From Hyaloraphidium curvatum SAG 235-1 (Eukaryota > Fungi > Monoblepharomycota), in the NCBI GenBank assembly GCA_025558095.1, contig JAIVFI010000009.1, positions 62,001-126,000 of the forward strand: a DNA stretch of 64,000 nt. The letters are read 5' to 3'. This document shows, piece by piece, positions 11,552 to 24,105 of this stretch; position 1 is the first letter of the stretch, and each line of letters opens with the position of its first letter. Both the position numbers and the translations under genes were made by a program. The notes beneath the pieces were generated by a model, which worked only from the letters and a program-made list of their open reading frames with translations, was not told where the DNA came from and made no database searches.

Positions 11552-14019
11552 GCGGTGTGTGCTTTGTGCTGGGAGAGCTGATATGTCGAGCTCGTGTAGG
11601 CAGCGAAAGTGGATGCCATCGCACGCTGGATCTAACGAATGACCATTGTCGCTACATGCTAAGGCAGTAGAATCAGAACGGACACTCGTCCCATCTCTCG
11701 CCATCGAGACGTCGCGTCGTTTCCTCGACCTCGCCCGCCTCCGTCCAGCACAGCTTCGTAAACGTAGACGAACAGCCGGAATGCAAGGTAACTGCGGTTC
11801 CCCCGCTTCTCGATGAATCCCTGGTCAGGGTCGGGGTCGAGCATTTCGTCTGTAGGGAATGTGGACCACCCATGGCCCACGCCGTCTTGGGCCAAGAGCG
11901 TTGGAGAAGAAATCGTGATCAGCGGGGGGATCTTGATTGGGCCCGCGAACCATGAATCCGACTTTGGCCCACTGGAGTGGGCAGAATGTCGTGCAAGCAG
12001 ACGGAGCAGGTGCTCCAGGAGGGCGCGGCGGCGGCCATAGGGGCAGAGTGGGGAGGGTGGAAGTGCGGCGGCGGTTTCGCAGCGAGCGATCACCGGTCTC
12101 TGATTTCAGAGGGACGTCAAACCGTCTTCATTCCCTATTGGAAGCTGACGAACGAAGGCAATTTATGTGAATTTGCATTGCGAGACCCGCTTTACCCGAT
12201 CGCTCCCTTGTACCCTCGCTGTTATTGCGTGATCAAACCCTTCCGATGCTGTCGCCGGAACGCCTCCGACCGTCGGATCCGCGGATGCGCTCCGTTGTGA
12301 TCTGGTGCGACCGAGGCGGCGGAAGATGCCACTACCCCCGCGACTCGACGATCGTCAAGGATGCCCCGATCGGGACTTCCCGAGCCCCATGGCGAGCCGC
12401 GGGTGCCCCAGATGCATCCCTTCCTGTCCGCGCGAGTAATGAAAGCCGGTGCTGTATAGCCCTGCATGACGGACGCCCCGCTCCGACCCCGCGACAGCAG
12501 CCAGGATGCGGAGCGTTCCAGCGGCGGATGCGCGGGAACGATCCTCCCCGTAGTGCTATGCCGCGGGTTCGACCGACGTCCCTCGCCGTCCTGCAAAGGG
12601 CTAGAAATCTAGCCCCCGCGGCCCGGATTGCAAGTGCCCGGGCATTCCAAGGGAGATCCCGCAGACGCTGCAAGGGCCGCGGGTGCGTCCCATCCGCGCC
12701 TGACGAACGCGCGGGTCCCGATCCCGTAGGTGCAAGTCCGCGAAACCATTGCCGCCGTACCGGGCGGCAACGATCCCTCGGCCCGCCCCACGGGTCCAGG
12801 CCCCGGTCCGTTGGGACATGCGAAGCTCGGGAGAGTCCGGTGGGCGGAGCTCAAACTCTGCGACCCCCGCGGCTGCGGAACTCCGGGGTGTTCGCGAAGA
12901 AGCTCCGTGTCGGAGCTTCTGCGCCGCGGTCCGAGGCCGCGGGTGCTCTGAGTGCGGTCCTGCCGCCTTGCACGAACCCGATCCGGAGCTTGCAGACGTG
13001 TCGGCGCGGAGCTCCCGCGGCTTTCTGACTTGAGAGCGGCACACCAAATTCGGTGCGCCGTCGGAAGCTTGCCGGCCGCGGGCCTTTCCCCATGGTACAG
13101 AGCCGACTATCAAATCCCCGCGGCGCTTCAGAAGCGGAGTACGGAAACCCCGGATCGGAGCTTCCGCAGGACCTCGGGACGCCGCGGGTGCGCTAGTGCC
13201 CCGTCCATGCCGGCGCCAAGACACGGAGCTCCCGCGGCGACAGTACCTGGTGAGCACGGCCTGTGATAAGTCGCGCCGAAGAGATCCTGCCTGCCGCGGG
13301 TGCCGGTCCCTCCCCGTCCTCCCCGTGGAGCACCGTCCGGCGAGAAGCCACCGGGCGTCCGGTCCGTCCGCGTTCGCTCTCCGTCCCGCTCCCCGGCGCG
13401 CCGTCCATGGGCGATGTGCCGGCACCGAGCACGGGTCAACGACCCCGTTCCGGGTCCGGGTCCGTACGGTGCGAGCAGCCGAACGTGGTGACGCGGCGGT
13501 CGTCCGCGGCCGGTTGACTTCCCGCACGGGACGGCGCGTCGCCCGCCGGCAGCGCGCCGTCCAGAGGAGAACAGCCCGACCTCGGTATGCTGCAATAGGG
13601 CGCGGTGTGCGGCGCGGGGTGTGCACTTGCGCGCGGGGGATGAGTCGGCCGCGCCGCGCAAACAACGCTGCCCGTCTGATCTCCCGAGAATGACAATTGC
13701 TGGAGCCAAGATCGAATATTCCATTCACATCATAGAGCCAAGGGCTTCAGAGATCGACCGCCCGGCGGCCAGGATGGCGCCTCGCGCCGGAAGACGCCGC
13801 CCGGGCTTCCCGATCCGTCCCCGCCTCCCCGGCGGCCACCCACCGGCGGATCCCTCCTTTTCCACCGACCTTGATGTTGGGTCGCCTTCCATCCTAGTTC
13901 TGGGCCCGGTTGGCGGGACTTTGGGGGGGGGGGCGGGCCTCTCTGGGGGATCGGGCGGCCTGACACCGCAGCCGCCTCTCTTCTTAGGGACCTCGGTTGG
14001 AAGCACCCCGCACGCCGCG

Positions 14020-16235
14020 ATGGCTTCGGAGCCTGCCGCGGGCATGCCGGCGGTGCGCGTGGCGGCGCCCGAGTCGGCCCCCGCGGACGCGGGCGCGCGG
14101 CGGCCGTCCGGGCAGGCCGGGCCATCGGGCGCCGCTGCCGGCCGGGCGCCGCCGCCGCTCGCCAAGGCGTCGTTCGACTTCTGGCTGGCGCTGCTGGGGG
14201 CGGCCGGGCTGCCGCCGCAGCGCGCCATCGACGTCGGCGTGGCGCTCGTCGAGCGCGGCTGGACGCCCGGCAACGCGGACGGGCTGCTGCGGGGCGACGG
14301 GCTCGCGCGCTGCGGGCTCGCCGCCGAGGACGAGCGCGTGCACGTGCAGAAGGCAATCACCGCCTACAGGCTGGACGCCGTCGAGAAGCAGCTCGAGGCG
14401 ATGGGCGTCGCGCACGGCGGGGCCCCCGCCGCCCCGCCCGCGGCCCCGGCTTCCCCGGTGGCCGCCTCCCCCGCCGGCCAGCAGGCACACGCTCCCCAAT
14501 CACAGCCCACCGGGCAGCCGCTGGCCACGCAGGCGGCCGGCCAGCCCCGTGCCGCGCCGCAGCGGGCTGCCACCGTCGGCGCAGCCCCGCCCGCGCCCCC
14601 CGCCCCCACCGTCCCGCCGCCCTCGCGGCCCGCCCGCCAGCGCACCACAACCGGCGGCTCCGTCGGCCAGCCCGCGCTCGCACCCCTGATCCCCGCCAAC
14701 GTCGGCGCCGCGCCCCCCGGGGACCAACCCCAGTCGGCCTCGGCCGTGCCCCCGGTCATGTTCGCCGTGCACAGCAGGAACCGCTCAGGTCCCTCGCCGC
14801 TGCCCAACACGGGGCCCGGGGTCGCGTCGCTGGCGCGCAAGGAGCTCAGCATGTCGAGCAACGTCATGTACGGCACGCCGCACGCCAAGTCCTTCACTAG
14901 GAGCAACTCGGGCGGCGCAGGTGGGTAGCCGGACCGCTTTCCTGTTCCCGTTCGGTCGCCAACTTCCGCTCCCTCGGCGTAGCAGGCGGCGAAGCCGCCG
15001 ACGCGGCGCAGGCCGGCCCCGCCTCGCTCAAAAACATCCAGCAGTCGTCGACCTACGACCCCGCGCAGGCCGCCACCGCCACGCACCCGTCCCAGGCCGG
15101 CCTCCGCCGCGGCTCCTCCTTCACCAACCCGCAAACCGGCGGCGCGCAGAACCCCTCGCCTCCCTCCCTCGCCCGCCAGGCCACCTCGACCCCCACCATC
15201 CCCCGCGTCCCCGCCCCCGGCGAACCGGCACCGGGCACCCCCCTCCGCCTCCTCACCGGCCACACCTCCCCCGTCACCTGCCTCTCGCTGCACCCCACCG
15301 ACCCCGCGCGCCTCTTTTCGGGCTCCAAGGCCCCCGAATCCGCCATCCTCGAGTGGTCCGTGGCCTACTCCCCCCTCGACAAGCCGCAGGAGCAGAACGG
15401 CCGCCTCGCGGCCGCCTACTCGGGCCACACCGACGCCGTCCGCGCCCTGGTGGTGTCCCCGGGGAGCAACAGGCTGTACTCGGCCTCGGACGACAAGACG
15501 GTCCGGGAGTGGGACATCGACCCCCGCCAGCCGGGCACGCGGGCCGCCCTCAGGGTGTTCAAGGGCCACCACGCGCCCGTGGGCTCGCTGTTCCTCGCGG
15601 CGTCGGGGGACCGGCTGTACACGGGGAGCGCGGACAAGACGGTCAGGGAGTGGGATTTGAAGACGGGCAAGGACCTGCGGAGCTTCAAGACGGCCGGGTT
15701 CCTCGACCGCGCGCACCAGGTCGTCCAGGTGGCCCTGTCGGCCGACGGGCGCAGCCTGTTTGCCGCGGTGGGCGACGGCATCGTGCGGTGGGACCTCTGG
15801 AGCGACGACAAGATCGGCAAGACCAAGATGGCCTCCGAGGTGGGCGAGCGCGAGACCACCTCCGGGGCGCAGCCCAACCCCACGGACTTTGCCCTGTCGC
15901 CGGACGGCCGGTACCTCGTCTCGTGCGCGGACGACGGCGCGGCGCGGGAGCACCTCGTGGCCACTGGCGTCACCACGCGGCTCTTCCGCGGGCACTCCGG
16001 GCCGCTGGCGCGGCTGCGGGTGTTCGAGAACAGGATGTTCACCTCGGGCAGCGACGGCACCGTGCGGGAATGGGACATGGCCACGGGGGAGTGCCGCGGG
16101 GTGCTGCGCACGGGTGGGCAGGGGGGGGATCTGGTGCTGGTGGTGTTTGGGAGCAGGAGGGAGGGGGGGGTGGTGGGGGAGGTGAGGAGGGTGTGGGCGG
16201 GGGTGGGGGAGGGGGTGAGGGAGTTTGCGGTGTGA
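14020..16235 (+). CDS. WD40-repeat protein with N-terminal SAM-like helical region and Pro/Ala-rich linker; intron 14921-14982
   Basis: GHTSPVTCL, GHTDAVRAL...SASDDKTVREWD, GHHAPV...GSADKTVREWD, GHSGPL...GSDGTVREWD. Confidence 0.85.
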
Positions 16236-16542
16236 TGCGGTTGGCTCGGTGCGAGTGTATTGGTATGTCGGATGAGAGGCTATCTTTCGTTGATCGGTTG
16301 CGTTGTGGCGCGATGGGGCGATGGGTGAAGGCGACGTCGATAGGCGGGGAGGGAGGAACGGATCGAAGTCTGCATGAGTTGCTTGCCATGCTTCTAAAAC
16401 ATCTCGCATGACAAAAGAAGGCTCAGCTAGCTTCGTTGGGACCTTGGTGACGGATGTGGCGCAGGCGGTCATCCGCAGGTCCCCTACACCCACTTTCCAC
16501 CCACCGGCAGGCCAGCGCCTTGACAAAGGCCTGGGCGTGCCG

Positions 16543-18828
16543 ATGGGCCTTCCGACGTTCGCCTCCGTTCTTTTGGTGGCGTGCGTGAACGTCCTCGCCG
16601 CCCCGGCCGCAGCAACGCCGCCCGCGCTCGTCTCCCGCGCCCCCAACCCGTGGGCGCCCATCGCGGCCATCGCCGCCCGCAACGAGTCGCTCGTGCCGTG
16701 GTCGGTCATCCGTTCCGGGTTCGACTCCCTGCCGCTGTCAGCGGACCGGCAGAGGTCGCTCGTCCGCTTCGTGCGCGACTCGATCGGCACGCTGCACGCC
16801 TTCTCGGAGCGCTCCGTCAGGCCGCCGGACCCGCGCATCGAGGTTTCCGTGGACATCTGGGCCGAGCTTACTGTCATCGCTGCACGCCGCTACGCTGCCG
16901 AATGGCGCCTGCAGGCCGACCTGGTCAGGTTGGTCAACCGCCTTGGAGATACCCACTCCTCCTACCGGCACACGTGCTTCGTCGGCGACGGGGGCCCGGA
17001 AAGGCCCAACGCCGACCCCATTCCAGTGTACTACTACCAACCGCTGAGCTTCGTGGCGGTGGTCACCGGAAACCCGAGGCGGCACATCGTGCTCGTGCAC
17101 TCACTACTCGACGTCGCCACCCCGAGGGGCACAGCACCCCTCCAGGACGTCTTCTTCCGCCGGACGACGTTCGTTGTATCACAGTCTGACCCCACCGCCC
17201 TCGCTGCGGTGCGGAGCGCCGGATCGTTGGCGCCGCTGGTCGGCGGCGAGCTTCTCTTTGTCAACGGACGCCGGGCGTTTGACTATTTCTTTGCCTACGC
17301 TCGGAGCGACAACATCGGCAGGCACAAGGACAAGCAGGCCACCCTGAACAGACTATTTGTCCGCCACGAGAAGGCCTACGGACGGCACACGACCGGCAGT
17401 TGGGAGAACCGCGGAAGCAACCACCTCCCGGAATCCGACTCGGTGCGATACACGGTGCGGCTGGCCCGCGGAGGCAAGGTCACCTTCGTGGTGCCATGGC
17501 TGGTGGACGGGTTCATTCTGAACGGCCTGCCGCGGTTCCAGTCTCCTGCACTGTACCTCCACGCCTGCCTGACCTTTCCGCGAACGCAAGCCCGCTTACC
17601 GGATCCGCGTGCAGGCCTGGTCGCAGCACCGAGAGCCGGCTCCACGAACGCAACGGCTAGGCCGCCAGGCTACTTCAAGACGGAAAAGGAGGGCAACCAG
17701 ATGCGCCTCCCCGACACGGCGCCCAACTCCAACCTTCCCCCGCCGGCCGCGACTGAATGGTTCCTCGAGGCGACCATCCTCGACAAAGAGAACCTGTACA
17801 TGGCCGTCATGGCCCGCCGCCGATCCGGCCGCATCGTCGCCCGCGCCGGCGTGATACAGTTCCCCGGGGGCATGGAACCCGATCCCTACTTTGCGGACAT
17901 GCACGACTTCGCGCCCATGTTCGCGTCGGCCTTCCGCAACCTCACGAGGCGAGTGGAGCGGAGCAACCCCACGAAGCTCCTCGTGGACGTGACGGGCAAC
18001 GGCGGCGGCTACCCGTGCTTCACGCTCGCGGTGCTCTACTTCTTCTTCCCCCGCGCGCGGGCGGACCCGCCGGTGCTCGATCTCCGCTCGTCGCCGTGGA
18101 TGCAGGCGACCGCGGCCGCCATCGAACGGGGCAAGCCCCCGCGCACGTCGGGCCTGTGGGACTACCGCAGCTACGGCGACCTTGCCCGCAAGGGGCAGTA
18201 CATGGCGGATCAGGCGGCGCACCCGGACGGCCGGTGGATCCGCAGGACGGCCGTCCGCTCGGTGCCGGGCACCCGTCGCACGCTCAACGTGACGCAGACC
18301 GTGACCTACCAGTGCTTCGCGCCCGACAATCCCGACAGCCGCTCGATCGACCGGGCGTGGTTCGGCAGGAACGTGCCCGCGACCGCCGCTTTCCTGGCGA
18401 ACAAGGTCGATCCGAAAAGGGTCGTGGTTTTCGGGGACGGCAACTGCGGGAGCGCCTGCGCGGTGTTCCTCCGCGCGATGCGCCGCGCGGGCGCGAAGGC
18501 CGTCGTCAGCGGCGGCGCCCTGCAGCGCACCGATTTCATGCCGGACGCCTTCCAGGGCGGCTTCGTGAGCGACCTGTCCGAGCTGCTCGCCGCCTCCCCC
18601 GTCGGCTCTCTGGGCCCCGCGCCGCCGGACGGCGCGGCCAGCGTGCGGCTGGTGCCCGTCGAGGCGCTCGATTGGGCGGACGGGAAGACGCCGCTCGAGT
18701 TCGTGTACAGCCCGGCGGACGCGAGGGTGCACTACGAGGTGCCGGGCGTGGGCTTGGAACAGGCGAGAGCGGCGATCGCGCTGCCGAACCTGTGGGCGAG
18801 GGCCATGGACATGGTGTGGGGTGAGTGA
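16543..18828 (+). CDS. Secreted S41-family (CPAF/tail-specific-like) serine peptidase, fungal type; intronless
   Basis: Signal peptide MGLPTFASVLLVACVNVLA; RLGDTHSSY, LLVDVTGNGGG, GDGNCGSACAVF (catalytic Ser motif), PLEFVYSPAD. Confidence 0.85.
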   Translation: MGLPTFASVLLVACVNVLAAPAAATPPALVSRAPNPWAPIAAIAARNESLVPWSVIRSGFDSLPLSADRQRSLVRFVRDSIGTLHAFSERSVRPPDPRIEVSVDIWAELTVIAARRYAAEWRLQADLVRLVNRLGDTHSSYRHTCFVGDGGPERPNADPIPVYYYQPLSFVAVVTGNPRRHIVLVHSLLDVATPRGTAPLQDVFFRRTTFVVSQSDPTALAAVRSAGSLAPLVGGELLFVNGRRAFDYFFAYARSDNIGRHKDKQATLNRLFVRHEKAYGRHTTGSWENRGSNHLPESDSVRYTVRLARGGKVTFVVPWLVDGFILNGLPRFQSPALYLHACLTFPRTQARLPDPRAGLVAAPRAGSTNATARPPGYFKTEKEGNQMRLPDTAPNSNLPPPAATEWFLEATILDKENLYMAVMARRRSGRIVARAGVIQFPGGMEPDPYFADMHDFAPMFASAFRNLTRRVERSNPTKLLVDVTGNGGGYPCFTLAVLYFFFPRARADPPVLDLRSSPWMQATAAAIERGKPPRTSGLWDYRSYGDLARKGQYMADQAAHPDGRWIRRTAVRSVPGTRRTLNVTQTVTYQCFAPDNPDSRSIDRAWFGRNVPATAAFLANKVDPKRVVVFGDGNCGSACAVFLRAMRRAGAKAVVSGGALQRTDFMPDAFQGGFVSDLSELLAASPVGSLGPAPPDGAASVRLVPVEALDWADGKTPLEFVYSPADARVHYEVPGVGLEQARAAIALPNLWARAMDMVWGE

Positions 18829-19190
18829 CAGGCGTGTTAAAGGAAGAGTATACTGCACTCGTTTCTCCTCTTGCTTGTCCCCGTCCAGCGGAGTTCAGTC
18901 CAACGCCTTCGCCTTCGCGAGCAGGGCCGACATCCACCGAGGTTGCGAGTGACACACCGATGGCCGGGCGGATGCGGGCTCGGTCGGGGAAACGCCGTGA
19001 GGGCTCGAAAGGTAGCTCGCGTGGGGCAGAAATCAAGAGGCCTATGGTGCGATAGAGATCGCAAGCTGTCGTGGCGGAGATCCGGGTCACCCGACATGTA
19101 CTATGCCAAGGCGAACATTGATTAATTGATTGATTGATTGAAGGAGGAGCATGGGAAGAATGTCCCTTCTGATTCCCGCACTACACGTCA

Positions 19191-21409
19191 TCAGACCGAA
19201 ATTGAGTACAAAGTGACATAGCCCTGCAGAAAGACGATCCTCGACCCGGAAAAGAGCCACGGATCGGGCACGAAGTCCAGCACCTTCCTGTCCCCTGACG
19301 ACGGCGACCAGACGTGGATCCCCCACGCCGTCCCGGCGTACGCCACAAGCCCACTAGTAGCTTTCACGTCGCATTCAAAGCTCGGAGTCGACTGCAGCGT
19401 GACCGCCGGCCCGCCGGCCACGGATGCTTTGACAACCACCGTGTCGGGCGTGGGGGTCTCACACCAGGCCAGCACCCCGTCAGCGAGCGCGAACGCCGTC
19501 GCGTTGATCGACACCGTTTCCTGCCGGCCTTCGGGTGCAGGCATGACCACCAATGAGTGGCCATCACCCGCCTTCCACGCGACGCGCTGGCCGTCCGTGC
19601 CGACCGCGGGCCGGCCGACGGCGACGTCGTCCGAGATCCTCGTCGTGGCGTTGGTTGCGGAAGACGATCGCAGGAGCACGGTGCGGGTCGGCGCACCGAA
19701 GCAGGTCCACGACCTCTGCGGGGTGATGTATAGCTCCACGTCGGTGCCGTTGGGGTAAAAGTCGAACTCAAAGCTGGGCTCCAGCCCTTCGGGACCCGGC
19801 ATCGTCAAAATCCCGGAAGCTGGGTCGTACGCCGTGAACCCTGCCGACGCGCAGCCCCGCACGCTCGCCGCCACAACCCTCCCGGGCTTGGCTTTGGGTG
19901 TGAGTTCGCCGTAGTCGTCCCCAGCGGGCTTGATCGGGTTGGCCTCCGTCAGGTTCGCCACGCCGCCCGAGGCGTCCCACCGGAGCACGCACGACGCGAG
20001 GGTGCAGTTGGGCCCCCGGGCAACGGAGGTGTAGGCCGCGCCGCCTGCAAAGGACCAGCCCAGGCCCGTGGAATCGATCGCGATGGTGGATCCCTGCAGG
20101 TCGACCGAGGCGCCGGTCGCCAGGTCGAGGACGTGGTTCGTCGGCTTGCCCCCAGGGTCTTCGGCAAAATAGGGAACCTTGGTTCCGTCCACGGCGCGCA
20201 GGTAGGAGGTTGCGTGCGGCAGCTTTCCGTACGGCGCATAGGCGAGCTGCGGCGAGGAGGCGACCTGGATGCTGGCCTCGACCGACCCGAAGGCGCCTGT
20301 CGAGTCTTGGGCAAAGACGATGAAATTGGCAAGGCCAGGGAAAGAAGGGTCGAGGTTGATCTGCTTGGAGAACGGCCCGGCCGAGGTCGCGATGAGCACG
20401 TTTCCGTATCCGGGGACCGAGACCTCGACCGAGACGATGCGCGTCCCGCGCGCCCGGGCGGATGCGGTGCCCGAGACGGTCACGGAGCCGTAGTAGATCC
20501 GGCCGGCCTCGGGCGACGTGAGCTGCACGACGGGCGGCGGTCCGCTGAGGTAGAAGTGGTGCCGGGACTCCCTGGCAAGGCCGCGCTTGTCCCGGATGCG
20601 CAGCCTGGCCGTGTGGTTGCCGGACGAGACCGCCTGCAGCTCAGCCATTGCGTCGCTGTCCAACTTGGTCCGGGTCCCGTTGGGCGGGGAGCCGGCGTAG
20701 ATGAGGGGTACGCTCCGGCCGTCGACCCACAGGGCGAGCGAGGAGATGCCGCCAGCGGCGTACGCGTCGACGAAAATCGTCACCGGCCGCCGTTCCGCTT
20801 ACTGCTCTGTATCGTCCCCTACGTCGGCCCACCCCGCCGAGACTTGGGTGGAGAAAGGGAGGTTGCTGAGGTTGAACCTCCTCGTGGCGACGGTCCGCAG
20901 GCGGCCAAGCGGAGGCCCCACGCGGGCCCATACGGTGTGGATTCCGTCCACAAAATCCCGCGAGTCCCATTCGGTGGATGGCTCGGCCGCCGTCGCCGAG
21001 CCGACCTCCGCGCCGTCGATAAAGTACGAAACCGACGTGCCCTGCTCGGGCGGCGGGACCACCGACAGCAAGACGGTGCCCGAGACGGGCTCCGCCATGC
21101 CAAAGGTGACGAAGCTGGTCGGGGAGGGCCGCCGCGTGGTCGTCCGTCTGCAGGTGGACGTCCTGCGCCGCGACGTCGTCCGGCGGAGCCCAAGCTGCCG
21201 GGCTTGCAGCGGCGGCGCAAAGCTGTCCATATACGAGCGAGGTCATCGTGGGGTGCTGCGGCGGGCAACGGCTCGACGGCCGTGCACGGAAGAGCCGGGA
21301 GGAGAACGGTGCACGCGAAGAACGCGGCGACCGCGGTGCAGAGAGCGGCGGTCGCCCAGGCTGGGCGCCATCCGGTTGTGTTGAAATGCTGTCCAGAAGA
21401 TGTGCGCAT
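19191..21409 (-). pseudogene. Disrupted copy of the secreted Ig(Big_7-like)/beta-rich protein at 28222-30441
   Basis: Colinear with the paralogue, but 2 extra nt near 21230 shift the frame after the signal peptide, and an in-frame TAA lies at 20799-20801 (DDTEQ*AERRPVTIF). Confidence 0.75.
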
Positions 21410-22222
21410 TGCTTAGGAAGCGGAGATTCTCGTCGTTTCGATGATTGGAGTTGGATGTGACTCCGCGTGTGGCGAAGGCGGATCCCTCTTGGATCCCTCG
21501 CCCTCGCGCCAAGATCTCCAGAAGACAGATCTTCCTGGTGAATAGAGCTGGATCGTTCATTTCTCGACTGTTGAGAAGTAATTGGCGATTGCCGGAAGCT
21601 TTGAGCAGCCCCTACTCGGAAAAGATGGAACGCTGCCTTCTCGGGCAACCTCCCCTGCGAGCCCACCTTGCTGCTTGCGCCGGCGGACCGGGGTGCTGGA
21701 GCGGCCCGAGAACCCACTTATCGGCGGGATGTTGAACAGGGCTCACGAACTCGACCTTGGGTTCTCAGTCCGCCCCGCACGATATGATATCGTTTGAAGT
21801 TAAGTTCCGCCGACCTCGTGATTTTCCGTTTCACGTATCGGCACACGGAGGTGGCTGCATGATTTTCCTGTTCCTCTGCTGGCCTGAAGAAAGCAGCCAG
21901 ACTCCGTGTCGATGATTTGGAGACGCCGCAGCGACGGTTCGGGGCCGCCTGAACAACATTCGCGAGTCCGTCCGTGTCGCAATGCTGCGGCAGCCGAGAA
22001 GCTCACCGGCCCTCCAGTCGCCCTTTTCATTGGCGCATCAGCGCTTCTCCCAGTCGCAGCGGAACGTCGGATGCCGCTTGCGGCGGGGGACCAGCTGCTG
22101 CGGAGCAGGGACGCGGCGGTCGAGCGGTCGCGGGCTGGTGGTGGCTTGGGAACCGAAAACGTGAACCGTTTCCCCGGCCGTTCCCGCCCTCATTTCCAGC
22201 GATGCGGCGCCCCCACTCCGCG

Positions 22223-23768
22223 ATGCGGGCCTATGTCTTCGGGGCCGTCGCCGCCGGGGCGCTGCTGGCGGCTCTGGCCGGCAGTGCGTCCGCCACGCCG
22301 GTGCCGCGCGCCGACGACCGGTTCCCCGGCGCCGTGTTCGTCGACGTGCCGTCCGAGCCGTGGCCGGCGTTCCCGGGGCTGCGGCCGCAGACGGCGCCGG
22401 CGACCGCCGGGCAGACGGGCGGCGGCGGCGTCGCGCCCAACGGCCTCAACCTGCCGTGGCAGCGCACGCCGCCGGCGTCGATCCCGTGCGACCCGCCGAG
22501 CCCCGCCTCGGCGCCGTTCTGCCCGCGCGGCCGCGTGTCCAACGCGCCGTACTGCTCCGCCTTCACCGTCGCCCGCGCCGGCGACACGTGCGCCTCGATC
22601 GCCCGCGCGTTCGGCCTGGACGGCCCCACGCTGGCGTCGCTCAACGCCCCCGCGCTGCAGACCCAGCCCGGCTGCCCCGACCTGCGCGTCGGCATGCGCG
22701 TGTGCATCTACGGCTGGCAGGGCTGGATCCCAGACGACCCGACCCTGAACGCCGGCCAGCGCTACCCGACCGTCGCCGGCGCGAGCTACCAGTACTGCTC
22801 CCGCCCCGGCGTCATGGCCCTGACCTTTGACGACGGCCCGCACATCTGTGGGTCCCATCGCCGGCCGCTCCACTTTGGTGGATTGCTGACACCGCCTCGA
22901 TCCAGTCACGCCGCGGCTGCTCGACTACCTCCGCGCGCAGAACATAAAGGCCACCTTCTTCATCAACGGCTGGAACAAGAACTGCATCTACAACGCCACC
23001 TTTGCCAACATCGTCCGCCGCGCCTTCCGCGAGGGCCACCAGATCGCCTCGCACTCGTGGTCGCACCCGTCGGTGCGCGGCATCTATGACCAGTACGGCG
23101 CGGCGGCCGTCCGCGTCGAGCTGGACCGCGTCGAGGCGGCCATCGAGAAGATCATCGGGTACAGGCCGCGGTACTTCCGCCCGCCGTACGGCGAGGGCGG
23201 GCACGACCGCGTGCTGGCGCCCATCTTCCGGGAGCGCGGCTACGTCGTGTCCATGTGGACGTTTGCCACCATCGACGCAAACATGTGGGTCCCGTGCCGG
23301 ATGCTCCTCATCATCGCGTCCCTTGCTGACCCTCCTTCCGCCCCTTGCAGCGACGACGGCCTCGCCGCGCCCGCCTCGCGCTTCCCCGACAACGTCATCA
23401 ACGCCGCCACCCGCCGCGCCTTCTGGGTCGGCTACTACGGCTCCACCAACTACCGCCCCGGCGTCACCTCGCACAGCGTGCTCATGCACGACCCCCTGCA
23501 GCGCACCGTGCGCGACCTCGCACCCTGGGTGGTCGCGCAGGGCCGCCGCCTCGGGTACCGGTTCGTCACCTTTGGCGAGTGCCAGGGGGACACGGACTGG
23601 AGGCGGTGGTACAAGCCCCGCAGGACGGGGGTCAACTACACGCGGCTGATGACGCCCGACGCGAGCTGGGTGTGCCCCGAGGACGGACCCGCGCCGAGGT
23701 GCCTGCCGTGGCAGCCGCGGTGCAGCGCGAGGCCCAACGCGACGGCGATACCGAGGCCGTGGCGGTGA
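22223..23768 (+). CDS. Secreted LysM + CE4 polysaccharide (chitin) deacetylase; 2 introns (about 22848-22905 and 23285-23350)
   Basis: Signal peptide; LysM CSAFTVARAGDTCASIARAFGL...LNAP...C.DLRVGMRVCI; NodB motifs TFDDGP, ATFF, HSWSHP, RPPYG, LMHD. Confidence 0.92.
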
Positions 23769-24105
23769 GGGGATGGGGGCTTGGGCCGCCGTGGGAGTTG
23801 TTGGAGGGATATGTTTTATTGCCGTCTGCGCGTAGAGCTGTATCCTATTGGTCGCTATGCCTTGTCCCGCTTATTGTGCCTTCTGTCCGTCGGTTGCCGT
23901 GCGGCCGATCACGGAACATGCGACGACTGCACGGCTCTAGTCTGTGCATCCGCCGTTCCGCGCTCGCTACGAGTGAATGGCTTCGTCCACCGACGCCAAG
24001 GGGCGCTCGCACGCGGTGAGTGAGGGATCGATACCTGGGATGCGCCGCCCCAGCCTCGCCGAGACCCTGAGGGCCTGCCCCCAATGTAGCCAGCATCGCG
24101 GCGGC

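Noticed and set aside
11600-14000. Many 100-375 aa ORFs in the long intergenic stretch, including 11659-12093(-) and 12601-13728(-)
   Set aside because: Arg/Pro/Gly-rich products expected by chance at high GC; no motifs, splice support or repeats seen.
14364-16877. 837-aa antisense ORF and similar long shadow ORFs (3211-5565, 23845-25659, 61084-63387)
   Set aside because: Antisense or alternate-frame shadows of real genes, caused by stop-codon scarcity.
20784-20802. GTAAG around the in-frame stop as an intron donor, or stop-codon readthrough
   Set aside because: Downstream sequence aligns codon-for-codon with the paralogue, no nearby acceptor fits, and a separate frameshift already disrupts this copy.
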